From assembly GCA_000002445.1 (NCBI GenBank), contig CP000066.1, forward strand, positions 416,001 to 480,000: 64,000 nucleotides of DNA, in the 5' to 3' direction. Origin of the DNA: Trypanosoma brucei (taxonomy: Eukaryota). Of this stretch, positions 52,701 through 62,181 are shown piece by piece. How positions within the stretch are numbered: the stretch's first letter is position 1; every line of letters starts with the position of its first letter. Both the position numbers and the translations under genes were made by a program. The notes below the pieces were generated by a model that worked only from the letters and a program-made list of their open reading frames with translations, was not told the DNA's origin and searched no databases.

Positions 52701-54102
52701 GAAACGCTCTCATAGCGGTATGCTCCCTAAAACCCTTCGTAATGTTCGCGTTATCCCTACATTCTTCGCTGTCGGTGGGTTGCACCCGTTCTCGTGCGGC
52801 ATGAAATGTGCGGGACGCAATGTCTGCAAGTAACACGGGCCACGGTGTAAACTCGTCAAGCTGTTCAAGAAGAACAAACACTCGTTGAACTTCCTGCTGT
52901 AAACCTCTGAGCAAACCACGGGCTTCTGCTGCAGGGAGCATACCCTCAGTTTTGGGACACTCGGTGCCCTTGCTGTCCTTATCCCCATCGATACATTTAT
53001 GTGCGCTGACCCCGTGAGAATCACCACCAGCAGAACCTTCACTCTTGAGGGCGTTAAAGCACGTAAGCATGGAATGGAGAAAATCTCCGCACACGGGAAG
53101 CCACCTCCCAAGGGATTGCACCATGGCACCGGCCATTGAAGAGGTTGCGACAACAACATAACCGTTGCCCTCGTTGTTGTTAAGATCTTTTGTAGATTTC
53201 CTGGCGGAAGTCTCAACATACAACTTCCTGAGCACTTTGGTCACGTTGGAAACGAGGGAGCGCACCTCGAAGTCCTTCACAGCATCACCGGTTTCTCCCT
53301 CGGCTCCCGATACTGCGTGTGTCCCGCACGACCGCAGCATCGTCTCTTCCAATTCCAAAAGCTCCACATGAAACAGCTCCCACATTCGCTGTACGAACTT
53401 CGGTAACAATTGTATCTGTTCAACAAAAGTTATTTTTAAATGATTTTGGAGATAGTGACCGAGAGCTCCAAGCAAGTCATCTTGACTCAAGGTGTCCTCA
53501 CCTGAAGAAGAGGCACAAATCCAATGGTTAACGTGCGTGAAGGCAATTCCTTCAAGAAGGCAGTCCACGAGGGCACTGAACCGGTTTGCTGTTTCATCTC
53601 CGCCGCCAGCGGCATCGAAGTGTGTCTTCCACTCAAGAAAAATAACGTCAAGCACGATATGGAGGGCCTTTTGATGAAGGGCAATTGTTTCTCTCCTACT
53701 CACAGCGACTACGGAAGCCTGCTTTTCCGGACTCCCTTCAACCTTATCCTTCTCACACTTCCCCTGTGCTTCAGTGAAGGCAGACAGTAGTTGATTGCGT
53801 GCCTCCACAAGTTTTTTGTGCCATGCCAATGTCATTGTTGATTTCCACCCCTCAGCATTCCGCTTGGCACGTGGGGATGTTGTCGTATCCACAACAACCC
53901 GTGCCCTTGCTTTCACTTCATCTTTACAAGACTGAATCACACCCTCTACATATGGGTTTGAGAGTGCACTTTTTAGTTCGACTGTCAGGGTTCGATGAGT
54001 CCACCAAAACTCAAAGAGAGGTCGCTCCTCCGGTTGCTTTTCTTCCGCTTTGGACTGAGTCCCCTTTCCCTTTTGTCGCTTTTCCCGCTTCATACAATTC
54101 AA
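49708..54102 (-). CDS. Large helical-repeat protein (1464 aa) with C-terminal Arg-Asp/Arg-Glu dipeptide-repeat tail. Putative nuclear (RNA-processing-type) factor.
   Basis: The 4.4-kb ORF is intact. The last approximately 140 aa read 'RDRENDHEADSNHDHRHGRLRRRGGDRARDRDRSRERDNDRGAVRDYDRDREVSRGRERDRDANRDRDRHWEWDFDRDEQDDEH...'. The N-terminus is basic ('KREKRQKGKG'). ORFs 49527-50129(-) and 49711-50028(+) are alternative or antisense frames of the repeat DNA. Confidence 0.4.
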   Translation of the reverse strand: MNCMKREKRQKGKGTQSKAEEKQPEERPLFEFWWTHRTLTVELKSALSNPYVEGVIQSCKDEVKARARVVVDTTTSPRAKRNAEGWKSTMTLAWHKKLVEARNQLLSAFTEAQGKCEKDKVEGSPEKQASVVAVSRRETIALHQKALHIVLDVIFLEWKTHFDAAGGGDETANRFSALVDCLLEGIAFTHVNHWICASSSGEDTLSQDDLLGALGHYLQNHLKITFVEQIQLLPKFVQRMWELFHVELLELEETMLRSCGTHAVSGAEGETGDAVKDFEVRSLVSNVTKVLRKLYVETSARKSTKDLNNNEGNGYVVVATSSMAGAMVQSLGRWLPVCGDFLHSMLTCFNALKSEGSAGGDSHGVSAHKCIDGDKDSKGTECPKTEGMLPAAEARGLLRGLQQEVQRVFVLLEQLDEFTPWPVLLADIASRTFHAARERVQPTDSEECRDNANITKGFREHTAMRAFLSWHSRAVATPLLSSSNAMVSRGTPLTLVEACSKALNGIISSALDKTSVPSDIHKRALRVLLVHRPLATLQHLIKSLCATGAEADRCDFEAIITDRGMSSASRSTAFSEATLDADDVAFMFFPKFFAVANFIESSLASLCEDVKSVLNSTAAGKDSCVADHTVNTSQFVERLFAAALEESIITSGTGSCSVAVSEWLMFLGFVASDSPLFEKTTIQHVRLAARRFFAPGLPMMSCLHRLIRQRHQYGLVAFFLPPLRAIGVDHSTAKDAEHVACALRYPRCAEVAYLEELPRGYYSRQPQRLALNAKNDALQFFHNILMTPGSVKKERDGDDKMSKSGGEKEKEADVVRRLFVEIVAHIGELVMARLRGVGEARLLGPTGAGCVVVDAMTAFFMGVMRLCNTVTYWDVSRRQQVQKAIVEKLLSRANVAREGPVLPRLALAVLLQGNVAYDEEVKPHIPHAWCDYLCSMELEDIDSRANVCAMNLLRLCNRNYMKSIPTKTLLACRAMLEQPTTKEKDISTQEKLDTGISASVKHDFDALRQRAANNAPADVQQQVGPVPTDSMVEEKKEVANTTTDTSSATLKVEEESTVSPTTGAQAEAPIAVTGSAINKGSEAPASGDDKLLNAVVKPYMDAVITVFVMRARTSVADAVLTGIAVKKWLISCAGNLESRALLNAVRRIVLQANAKVLHATKMECTALAAFLGVLVDEIVLPYRLNPCRAVPPHGDQQKQPPTTAEANVPARTEGTQNNWIHDVLPASGKDAAALLQTLIMDTTRNIARFLGENTSLGDWKAYTLTFHMRRVIGLVRRNKELFLDAVKKRQQTLGIILSTDSTHPVNLLASVECPLLERMTGPAVSAEQLFMVSPDPKTSVAARTETQGSAGVDGRTTGSSKRKRDRENDHEADSNHDHRHGRLRRRGGDRARDRDRSRERDNDRGAVRDYDRDREVSRGRERDRDANRDRDRHWEWDFDRDEQDDEHHGHNRRYRRWRKRDRGQ

Positions 54103-54815
54103 TAATGCCTTCGTACTCTGCAGAAACCGTCTACGTCCTTACTCACCTCTGGTGTAGGCGTGAGTCAGAACGACAACGAGGAAAAAATAGAAAACGCAAA
54201 CGGATATTCCACGAGAAAGTTGAGAGAACACACAAATTCACTCACATATATACTACATATAGTAAGCAAAAAGATATGCGAAGTATCATCCTTTCAGATA
54301 CCCTCCTGTGAGAACATGTAGTCGCAACATGAATCAAATGTAAGATGTAGAACTGCAAATAAATACCCGAGAAACATGAAAATAAATTTAATTAATCCTC
54401 CTCCCGCAGTTCGCCTCGCTTTTATCCCTCTAAAAAAAGCTCACTTGAGTCCCTATATCGGCGATGTGAATCAGACGATATCGAACCTCTGACAAACTCA
54501 AAGGATGAACGAATGAATCAGGTGAAAAACCGATTTGTTGCGCCACATTAATTTTTGTTGTTGAAGGAACATGAAATTACAAACTATTTTCACACGTGTT
54601 GCCTCCGCTTTCAATGTTTCCCTGTTTATGTGCCGTGCTTCCCTGCTATTCGTCCCATTACTTCTCCATTCATCAAAGGACCCCCCCCTCCTCTACAACA
54701 TCATACCCACCCCTTCCGTCCCCCAGAAACATCTTAGAGCAAAGGAGCGCGTACAAGGCATAGTAAAACGCAATTTCACTGTATTCCCTTTGAAGTAGAA
54801 AAGCCCACTATAACG

Positions 54816-55796
54816 TCACTGGGTGTGCTGTGGCTCCTGCGACCGCTGCAAAGCCATTGAACGACGAACATGAAAAGTATGCTCACCGCGACCCTGCTGC
54901 CGCACCTCAAAGTATTGCGGATACCTCTCAAAGAATTGCATTGCCTTCAACCCGGGTTTTCCCATGCATCGGACGCGCACCTCCTCCGGAATGCCCAGTT
55001 CTGTAAAGGGAGACCATTCGTTAGGGATGTACTGAAGCACGGTGTTTAAACGTTGCTGCTTTTCTGAAAGTGGGTCATGTTGAAGAACGCGAGCATTGAT
55101 GTCATCCGGTTTCAAGGGACTCGACGCTGGCGCCTCAGGAGATGAGGGAGAAGACGACGACCTTACACCTGCAGCATAAGTAGAAGCGGAAATATGAGAA
55201 GTGTTTTCGAGCACCATCGGCCTCGCATTCGCCGGTACCAAATGCGGTGGTGAGCAAAAGATCGTACGGTTGCGCAACGCCCCCTGCTGATACAAAGCAA
55301 AGTTTCGTGGATACTGCAACAGAAGCTGCTCAAGTGGAACCTTGTTCTTCACCAGCGTTTTCTTGCTGTCAGCCGACAGTGCACGGAAGAGTGATCCGAT
55401 TGGTACGGGCCTGCTCAACAGTGCTTGAACCTCCTCCAGCAGGTTATTTACAGCCTCCTCCTGTTCCGTCGACTTTGCAGAAGCGGAGTTGGTAGGTTTG
55501 GTTCCAACTGAGGCGCCACCTTCAAAACTATGTTGCTCGCAGTGCTGATGTAAATCTGTATTAGTGCCCCCACCGACTGCAGAATGTAAGCGGCATCGTG
55601 TGGAAAATGTGGGGGTAACAAACGCCGCAGAAGTGATCATATCTCCTCCAATAATGCGGTGGGAGCCCATAATAAAACTGTAGTTACGCGTACTCCCAGT
55701 CCCGCAACTGCCATGTGATGCGAGACGAGTGTTTAAATGGCCTGGGAGAAAAGCCAGTTGTCTCCAATACAGTGAACCATGCGTGGTTGTTCGCAT
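54816..55796 (-). CDS. Protein with two LOTUS/OST-HTH-like winged-helix modules (putative RNA-binding)
   Basis: Two related approximately 65-aa modules are present. The first is 'LLEEVQALLSRPVPIGSLFRALSADSKKTLVKNKVPLEQLLLQYPRNFALYQQGALRNRTIFC'. The second is 'VLQYIPNEWSPFTELGIPEEVRVRCMGKPGLKAMQFFERYPQYFEVRQQGRGEHTFHVRR'. The shared signature is '..L..LL(L/F)xYPxxFx(L/V)xQQG' after a 'G/K..L' turn. The N-terminal region is low in complexity. Confidence 0.4.
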   Translation of the reverse strand: MRTTTHGSLYWRQLAFLPGHLNTRLASHGSCGTGSTRNYSFIMGSHRIIGGDMITSAAFVTPTFSTRCRLHSAVGGGTNTDLHQHCEQHSFEGGASVGTKPTNSASAKSTEQEEAVNNLLEEVQALLSRPVPIGSLFRALSADSKKTLVKNKVPLEQLLLQYPRNFALYQQGALRNRTIFCSPPHLVPANARPMVLENTSHISASTYAAGVRSSSSPSSPEAPASSPLKPDDINARVLQHDPLSEKQQRLNTVLQYIPNEWSPFTELGIPEEVRVRCMGKPGLKAMQFFERYPQYFEVRQQGRGEHTFHVRRSMALQRSQEPQHTQ

Positions 55797-56806
55797 ATGT
55801 AAGTCTTTCCCAACTTTTTAAGTTAAAAAGAAAGTACAAATAAATGCACGAAAACAAAGTTCACCGGACCTTGAGAGCAGTAATATGGCACAAACCCTAA
55901 AATTAGCACACAAGAGGGAGGAGAAATGATAGTCCTGTGGGAGCAGCGTCCAATACCGTTATGAATTAAGGCAACATACTGCAGAGCACGTTCAAAAAAA
56001 AAAGATGAAAGAGTGTGAGGAAAAAGAAATGACAACGAAAAAAATAACAATAAATATACCACACACGCATTTGTTTCGTCTATCACCGTCGTTGCTTCTT
56101 TCCTTACTCTCCCACCGTCCCCCTGTACCCACCCTCAGACCCCTTATCATTCTACTTGCACCGCATAGGGAAAAGAGATCACAGTTGAATTGCTCCACAA
56201 ATTCTGCGCTCTCTTCTGAATGATATTATCAAATTTCACAGTGACTCTTTTTCTTACCCTTATTTATTCATTGCTTTTGAAAAGCGATGTTTTACTGAGC
56301 ACTGTCTCTCTTTTCTTTTTTTTTTTCCGGTGCATCAACATGCAGTAGCGAGAACCGTAGCGGGAACATGCACAAAGCGCATGATGTGAGCATTTGCTTC
56401 CCCAGCCACCACGGCTTCACATTTCATCACATATAGCGTGCAAAAAAAATGTTGATGGAAGCAGTTGAGGAAACGGGTGTGTTTTAAAAAACAAGGACAC
56501 AGAAGAGGGATGCCTCCTTCAACTAAGGGAAAATCAGTCCTCAGATTTTCTGAACTACACATGACCTAAACAACAACGGCGAACAAAAAAATCTGTGAGC
56601 GCCACCGAGGCACGAACAAAGTACTTGCACAAAATAACACAAAAAGAATACAAGAAATTTTTGGGAGGAGGAGGAGGAAGAGGAAGAGGGGGAAAACGAA
56701 TGAAACTAAGCAAAGTGGAAAATGTTAGCTGCACATACCCCGACCCACCGTAAACGGATAACACCGTCGCTTGCTTTCCGCTTCTACATATCTTAATTTA
56801 AGCCTC

Positions 56807-57676
56807 CTAGCGGCGGTATTGCCCCCCAAATCCACGCTCCTCACCTCGCCCCATTCGACCGCTGTCCCTTCCCCCGTTACCTCTGCCACCTCTGAAGCCA
56901 CCACCACCACCACCGCCTCTATCATTCCTTCCCCTGTCCTCTCCTCCTCCTCCTCCTCCTCTACCTCTTCCTCCTCCCCCTCTTCCTCCTCCAGCGCCAT
57001 TCCGGCCCCTAAAACCGCCACCGCCACCATTCATGGGCCTCCCTCCCCTGCCGCGGCCTCCACGGCGTGTCAACCCAAGCATTTCTTGCATGGTTTCCCG
57101 CTGTCGTTCCCGTGCAGTGAGCTTCTGATACGCTAGTGGTGTAGCGGCAACGTATAGCACACCATCGGAAGGATTAGCCTTCACAACAAAAAGTTGTTTG
57201 CGTTGCTCCAAAAAGCTTTTGAGGCCGCTATGCTTCTCTGAAACGGCTTCTTGCACATCGGGTGAAAGCTGGGCGTTAAGGCTCTTTATCGTTATGGCTC
57301 CGTTCTGCGGAATGTGCTTGATAACGCTCATCAACACCTTGGTATCATCTCGCATAACTACTCGGGTACCCTCACTGAGCTCACCATCAAATGTTTGATT
57401 GATCAGTGCACGTCGCTGAGGCGCGTCTGTGGGAGGCTTCCCACTGCCACCACCGCCACCGCCGCCAAACCCGCGACCTCCGCTCCTGCCGTCTCCACGT
57501 CTGAAATTACCCCCTTCACGGCCGAAGGATCCTTGGGTTCGCATGGAAAGAAAGATTGGAAACGTAGCACCGACACACGGGGGACAAAAGTGTCTGTTGC
57601 TGACGAAACTCGGCCTAAAAGCAGCCAACCGCCGAATCAGCACGGGCAAATCAACGATACCAAATGCGGCAGACAT
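56807..57676 (-). CDS. RGG/RG-box RNA-binding protein with central LOTUS/OST-HTH-like module
   Basis: The N-terminal 'GGNFRRGDGRSGGRGFGGGGGGGSGK' and the C-terminal 'RRGGRGRGGRPMNGGGGGFRGRNGAGGGRGGGGRGRGGGGGGEDRGRNDRGGGGGGGFRGGRGNGGRDSGRMGRGEERGFGG' are RGG-rich. The central 'VVMRDDTKVLMSVIKHIPQNGAITIKSLNAQLSPDVQEAVSEKHSGLKSFLEQRKQLFVVKANPSDGVLYV' fits the LOTUS pattern. ORF 56725-57030 is an Glu-rich alternative frame of the GGN repeats and is spurious. Confidence 0.55.
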   Translation of the reverse strand: MSAAFGIVDLPVLIRRLAAFRPSFVSNRHFCPPCVGATFPIFLSMRTQGSFGREGGNFRRGDGRSGGRGFGGGGGGGSGKPPTDAPQRRALINQTFDGELSEGTRVVMRDDTKVLMSVIKHIPQNGAITIKSLNAQLSPDVQEAVSEKHSGLKSFLEQRKQLFVVKANPSDGVLYVAATPLAYQKLTARERQRETMQEMLGLTRRGGRGRGGRPMNGGGGGFRGRNGAGGGRGGGGRGRGGGGGGEDRGRNDRGGGGGGGFRGGRGNGGRDSGRMGRGEERGFGGQYRR

Positions 57677-58526
57677 CTCTCACGCGACCCGCTACTACCA
57701 AAAAAAAAAAACAGATGTTATGCAGATACCACTTTTGCTTTTGATGTTATTCGACCCCAATTCCCGACACCCTTCGTGGTTCAGAAAAGCAACTGAGCAG
57801 GTTGTTGTTGTTGTTCTAAACCCTTCCCGTTACCTTTCAACAAATAATGTGAAATCTTGGTCTCCTGTTGCGCCCTATGGACTTATTCTCTCCTGGACTG
57901 TAACCTTACTCTGAAGTGTGCTAGTGGGCAAATTTCTAATTAAGCACAGTGCCTGTGGACGGAGTTTTGTAGGTGGCCAACAGAAACCTTAATCCCTGTG
58001 CTGCTGCAGGAGTGTCAGTTCAGTACTCCTCTCCTGAAGTGACTATATATATATATATATATATATATCTTTTTTTTTGTGGAATAAAACTTGCGTCACT
58101 GACTCCGCTGTCCCTAATTAATCCACCTCCTCTTTTAGGTAATTGTTACTTCGCCCCTTCGTCCGTTCCTACTGCACACAGTTATTCGAAACAAACGAAT
58201 AGGATTTACGTGACTTTTATAACCTATACGAATTTAAACAACCACAAAAAAAAAGTCTGAAGAAGTCGTAGTGTTATGACGAACGATGCTGTTTCAAACT
58301 GAAAAAAAAAAAGACTTAACGGTATCGATAGCCATCGCACACGCATGTTGGCCTTCCACGCACCACTTATGCACATACAAACAAGTATGGTGATGAAGGT
58401 GAGCAAAGAGGGAGAAAGAATCAACTGGAATCAGCGGCGCACATGTAGCCAGTCAGCAAAAAATAAATAAATAATCCCGTGAGCAGCCCACAGCCGCTCC
58501 ACAAGCGCAGCGCTCCATTACCAAAG

Positions 58527-60050
58527 TTACTCCAATTGTCGCACATGAACGACTTCAAGTATACCGTCTGACAAACGTCGCCGGATATGAAACTCAGCAA
58601 TGCCGAAGTTCTCCAGCGTACGACCAACTTCATCCACCAATTGGTTGATTCGCGCAAGGTCATTGGGAAGTTGCGAGGAAGTTAACGACCGGAACGAAGC
58701 GACATTCATTCCAAGTGCACGTTGCAGCCACGCATTACCGAGATCCACGACAATTGCGCCATCTTCCCCAACATCAAGACTGGGCGTCAGTGGTTGCTGA
58801 ACGGAGAGGAGAACCTTAAGTGAGAAGGATGGAGGTTCTCCAGGACTGCAATTCTCACCGTCACGGATGGTTAAGTCCGACATAACATCGGTAATTTTGC
58901 CGATCGCAGTTGAAAATGGGGGAGTTGCAGTTGGTGGCTGCTCAGGTGTAGGAGTGGCAGGCACAAAGTACTCTTGCGTAACCCTCGGATGTGACAAAGG
59001 CTCAGGAGTTGGTGTCAAGCGCGCTGCCGGTCTTGTGGGGGGTGTTGGTTGTGCAGATGCTGCCGCGGGGGGCGATGGTTGCACCACAGGCCCTGAAACT
59101 CCTTCATTGGTCTGATGACGATACTCTAATAGTTGCTGTTGTTGCTGTTGCCTCTGCTGTTGTTTTTGATGTTGTTTTTGATGTTGTTTTTGATGTTGTT
59201 GTTGGGTTGGTCCCGGCGCCACCCCACTGTGATTCGTATCACCCGCAATTCGAGGCGCAGGGGCGGATGAGAAAGTGGCGGTATTCGTATTCGTGTTCAT
59301 ATTCGTTGCAGAAGAAGCCTGCGCGATCCGCCCCGGGCGACCGGATAATTCGTGGAGTTTCTTGACGGCATAATCTTCCCAGAAAGATTGAATCTCCTTC
59401 ACGAAACCACCCAGAAGTTCTGTCTTTTCTGACTCCAAAATAATTACCCCGTTCAACAAGCGCAGGGGTGCAAACAAACGCAGTTTGGATCCCAAAACCA
59501 CGCCAGTCCGTAGCGCATCGCAACCCCGGCGACAGTCTTCCACCGCAAAGACCCGTACGAAACCATCTGTAAGGACCAGACGAAGCAGCCTCTGCCGCCG
59601 GCCATGATGACGTGCGGAATTATCTTTGCTCTCCAATGAACGAAGTGTTTCTTCAAGGCTTCCTGGCTCCGTTATTTCGGTGCAAACTCCCTCTGTGTCA
59701 GCACCCGTTGGTGCAATCTCACGAAGTCGCTGAGCGAGTGGAAGTGACACGTCTGCAACTTCGTTCACCTGAAGAATTATCGATGGTACTATTTTCTGCC
59801 CGATAGCACCTTCTGGTACTGACAACTGAAAGTCATGTGGAAGCAGCCCACCACCATCATGCAACGGGGGAAGTTGTCTGACAACACCGGGTGGGTCAAG
59901 TGAAGCTAAATATTCAAAGTTAGAGTTGAGAAACTCAGCGCTCGGCTGCTCCATGCAAATAAAACTAAATGGGTTTACAACAACAACAACGTAAACCCGG
60001 GGTACTTGGTAGAAAAGTTCTGAAACAACTAAGAGAGAAAGGAGGTGCAA
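58527..60050 (-). CDS. RMI1: RMI1 (RecQ-mediated genome instability 1) homologue: DUF1767 + OB-fold, with Gln/His-rich insert
   Basis: 'PEGAIGQKIVPSIILQVNEVADVSLPLAQRLREI' corresponds to human RMI1 '[37 protein letters not shown]'. 'LLRLVLTDGFVRVFAVEDCRRGCDALRTGVVLGSKLRLFAPLRLLNGVIILESEKTELLGGFV' corresponds to '[22 protein letters not shown]...[34 protein letters not shown]'. A second OB-like region lies C-terminally. The internal insert is 'QQQHQKQHQKQHQKQQQRQQQQQQ'. Confidence 0.75.
   Translation of the reverse strand: MHLLSLLVVSELFYQVPRVYVVVVVNPFSFICMEQPSAEFLNSNFEYLASLDPPGVVRQLPPLHDGGGLLPHDFQLSVPEGAIGQKIVPSIILQVNEVADVSLPLAQRLREIAPTGADTEGVCTEITEPGSLEETLRSLESKDNSARHHGRRQRLLRLVLTDGFVRVFAVEDCRRGCDALRTGVVLGSKLRLFAPLRLLNGVIILESEKTELLGGFVKEIQSFWEDYAVKKLHELSGRPGRIAQASSATNMNTNTNTATFSSAPAPRIAGDTNHSGVAPGPTQQQHQKQHQKQHQKQQQRQQQQQQLLEYRHQTNEGVSGPVVQPSPPAAASAQPTPPTRPAARLTPTPEPLSHPRVTQEYFVPATPTPEQPPTATPPFSTAIGKITDVMSDLTIRDGENCSPGEPPSFSLKVLLSVQQPLTPSLDVGEDGAIVVDLGNAWLQRALGMNVASFRSLTSSQLPNDLARINQLVDEVGRTLENFGIAEFHIRRRLSDGILEVVHVRQLE
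59159..59194. repeat. 12-bp perfect tandem repeat x3 inside the RMI1 coding region
   Basis: Plus strand 'gttgtttttgat' occurs three times, flanked by gttgtt(g) variants. On the minus strand this encodes (QKQH)3 within the Gln-rich insert. Confidence 0.9.
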
Positions 60051-62147
60051 TGGAATTGATGCGCACTCACTCGGAGGTTTTTCAGTACAAATATCATAAG
60101 AAGGGTAAAGTTGACAAGTATTATTTGTGCTTGGAGGGTAACCACAGTAACGAAAGTGATTTTTTTTAAAAAAAGAAAAAGGTTCACAGGGAGAGTGAGC
60201 AGTAGTGATAAGTCACGGGTGACTTTTCGCAAGCCGGTTCGGTTGCGCCAAGGCAATATTTTCGCTATGCTCTCCATTCTCCGCCCAATCCCGCCGATTT
60301 GTTTGTGCATCCACAACATTATTTAACAAACGCATGCACCATTTCGTGTGTTCGTGCTTCTTTCAAAATAATAATTAAAAAAAGTAGCGCCGAATCCTCG
60401 TCACATTGAACTGTTGCAGCAAAAAAAAAAAACTCCTAAAGGTGGAAAAAGGTGAAAAGAAAATGGAGGCACATGAAGGAAAATACTGTTGTGAGTACAA
60501 TTTCGTAAAGCAAAATGATTTTTTTTTTAAATAAAAAAGACGTCGAAAGCAGTAATACCCCCCCCCCTCCTTCCCTTCCTATGTTTTTCTTCGTTTCCTT
60601 TCAGATATTTCTTTTATCTGTAATTTAATTGTACTCTTCCTAAATGTCAGCCTCCCATGCATCACTTTTCTCTCTCGTTGCTACTAAAACAAAACAAAGC
60701 ATAAAACCTCCTTCCCCTTTCAATTCCCCTTCATCACCATGAATCCTAAAACAGCTTAGCAAAGGGCAAGAATTTTTTTAAAAAAGGAAAGCAAATGAGA
60801 AATGGGAGAAACCCACTACACATATGCTAAAATCCCCATTGCAGTACTAACCTCGTACCAAACACAATTAACTTATTTTCCTATCGATATTTATTATATA
60901 TTATTATTTTTTTTTGTAACTACAACAAAGGCGTCAATCTGAGACCTCATTTGTGTCGACAAACCGGGGAGGAAAACTTTACGTGATTGAAAAATACAGG
61001 AAAGAGGGTAATGCGAGAGATAAATGGTGACTAAACATTGTCAAATGAGACCGATCTTGGACCAAGAAAAAAAAAAGAAAAGGGGAAAGGAAAAGAAAGG
61101 AAAGGGGGAACTAAACTAAAACTTCCGGTTTTTCTTTACGCTTTTCAGTTAAATCCCACAACTCCCAAGACGCGCGCACAGTTCACCCATAAATTAATTC
61201 AACCTTTGCTTTTACCCTTCCTTTTCCCTCATTCACTCTTACAACTCACCATCGAAACAACAAAATAAGAGAAATAATAACAAATGAAAAAAAAAAAGAA
61301 CTTTCCCATCCTTCTCCTCCTATACCTTAATGATTACATTTATTTCTTCGGTAGCACAATTTTCTCTTCTTTCTTTTTTTTTCAATTTGTTTAGTTGATG
61401 ATAAATGTTCGCTGATTCATGATATTCCCTCTCCCTTTTTTTCCTCTTAATATTTGCCTTCTTCTATTCATTTCCTTTACAAGTTACCATTCCTCGCAAA
61501 TGTAGCTAATAAAACAAAAGAGATAATTGATAAACTAAAACACAAAGAACAAACAATGAAAAATTTTAAAATTTTTTTAAAAAAATGTAAAGAAGGAAAT
61601 GAGGATGGACGTTTCGAGAGAAAAGATGTAATGATACAACAAATCATAACAAAACGAAACAAAAAAAAAGGAACCGGATGTGTCACAAACGGGTGCCTCA
61701 CTTCAACCAACCCAGCGCCTCATGGACGATGTAACTGGTATCTGCACCAACTTCCCTTTTTTTTTGTTTTCCTCTTTTTATCCATCTCACTCCCTCACAT
61801 CACACCACTCATTTTCTTCTCGTTGTTGTTTTCGTGTACGTGTGTGTGTGTGTGTGTGTGTTTTTGCTTTTCACCCTGCATAGAATTATAATATTTATTT
61901 GTAAATAACCCCTCGTGTTGTGATTTCTTTTTTTGTCTTGTTCACGGTACTGAGGTGTTCACTCCCCATTTTAAACCTCTACTAATCCAAATTTCGGCCC
62001 CCAACGAAAATTCAACTTTTCTTCAAGGTAACGGTAACGGGTATCATCTCCCCCGTCCCCTCCATCATTCATTCATTCCTTTCTTACTTCCTGCAATAAA
62101 AATGCATTTTCTTTTCTTCTTTTTGCGGAGTAGCGTCCACACAAACA

Positions 62148-62181
<34 letters not shown>

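Noticed and set aside
56725-57030. ORF of 101 aa rich in Glu (EEEEGEEEEVEEEEEEE) overlapping the RGG gene
   Set aside because: It is an alternative reading frame of the GGN(GGA/GGT) codon repeats that encode the RGG box. The RGG frame is the one continuous with the globular domain.
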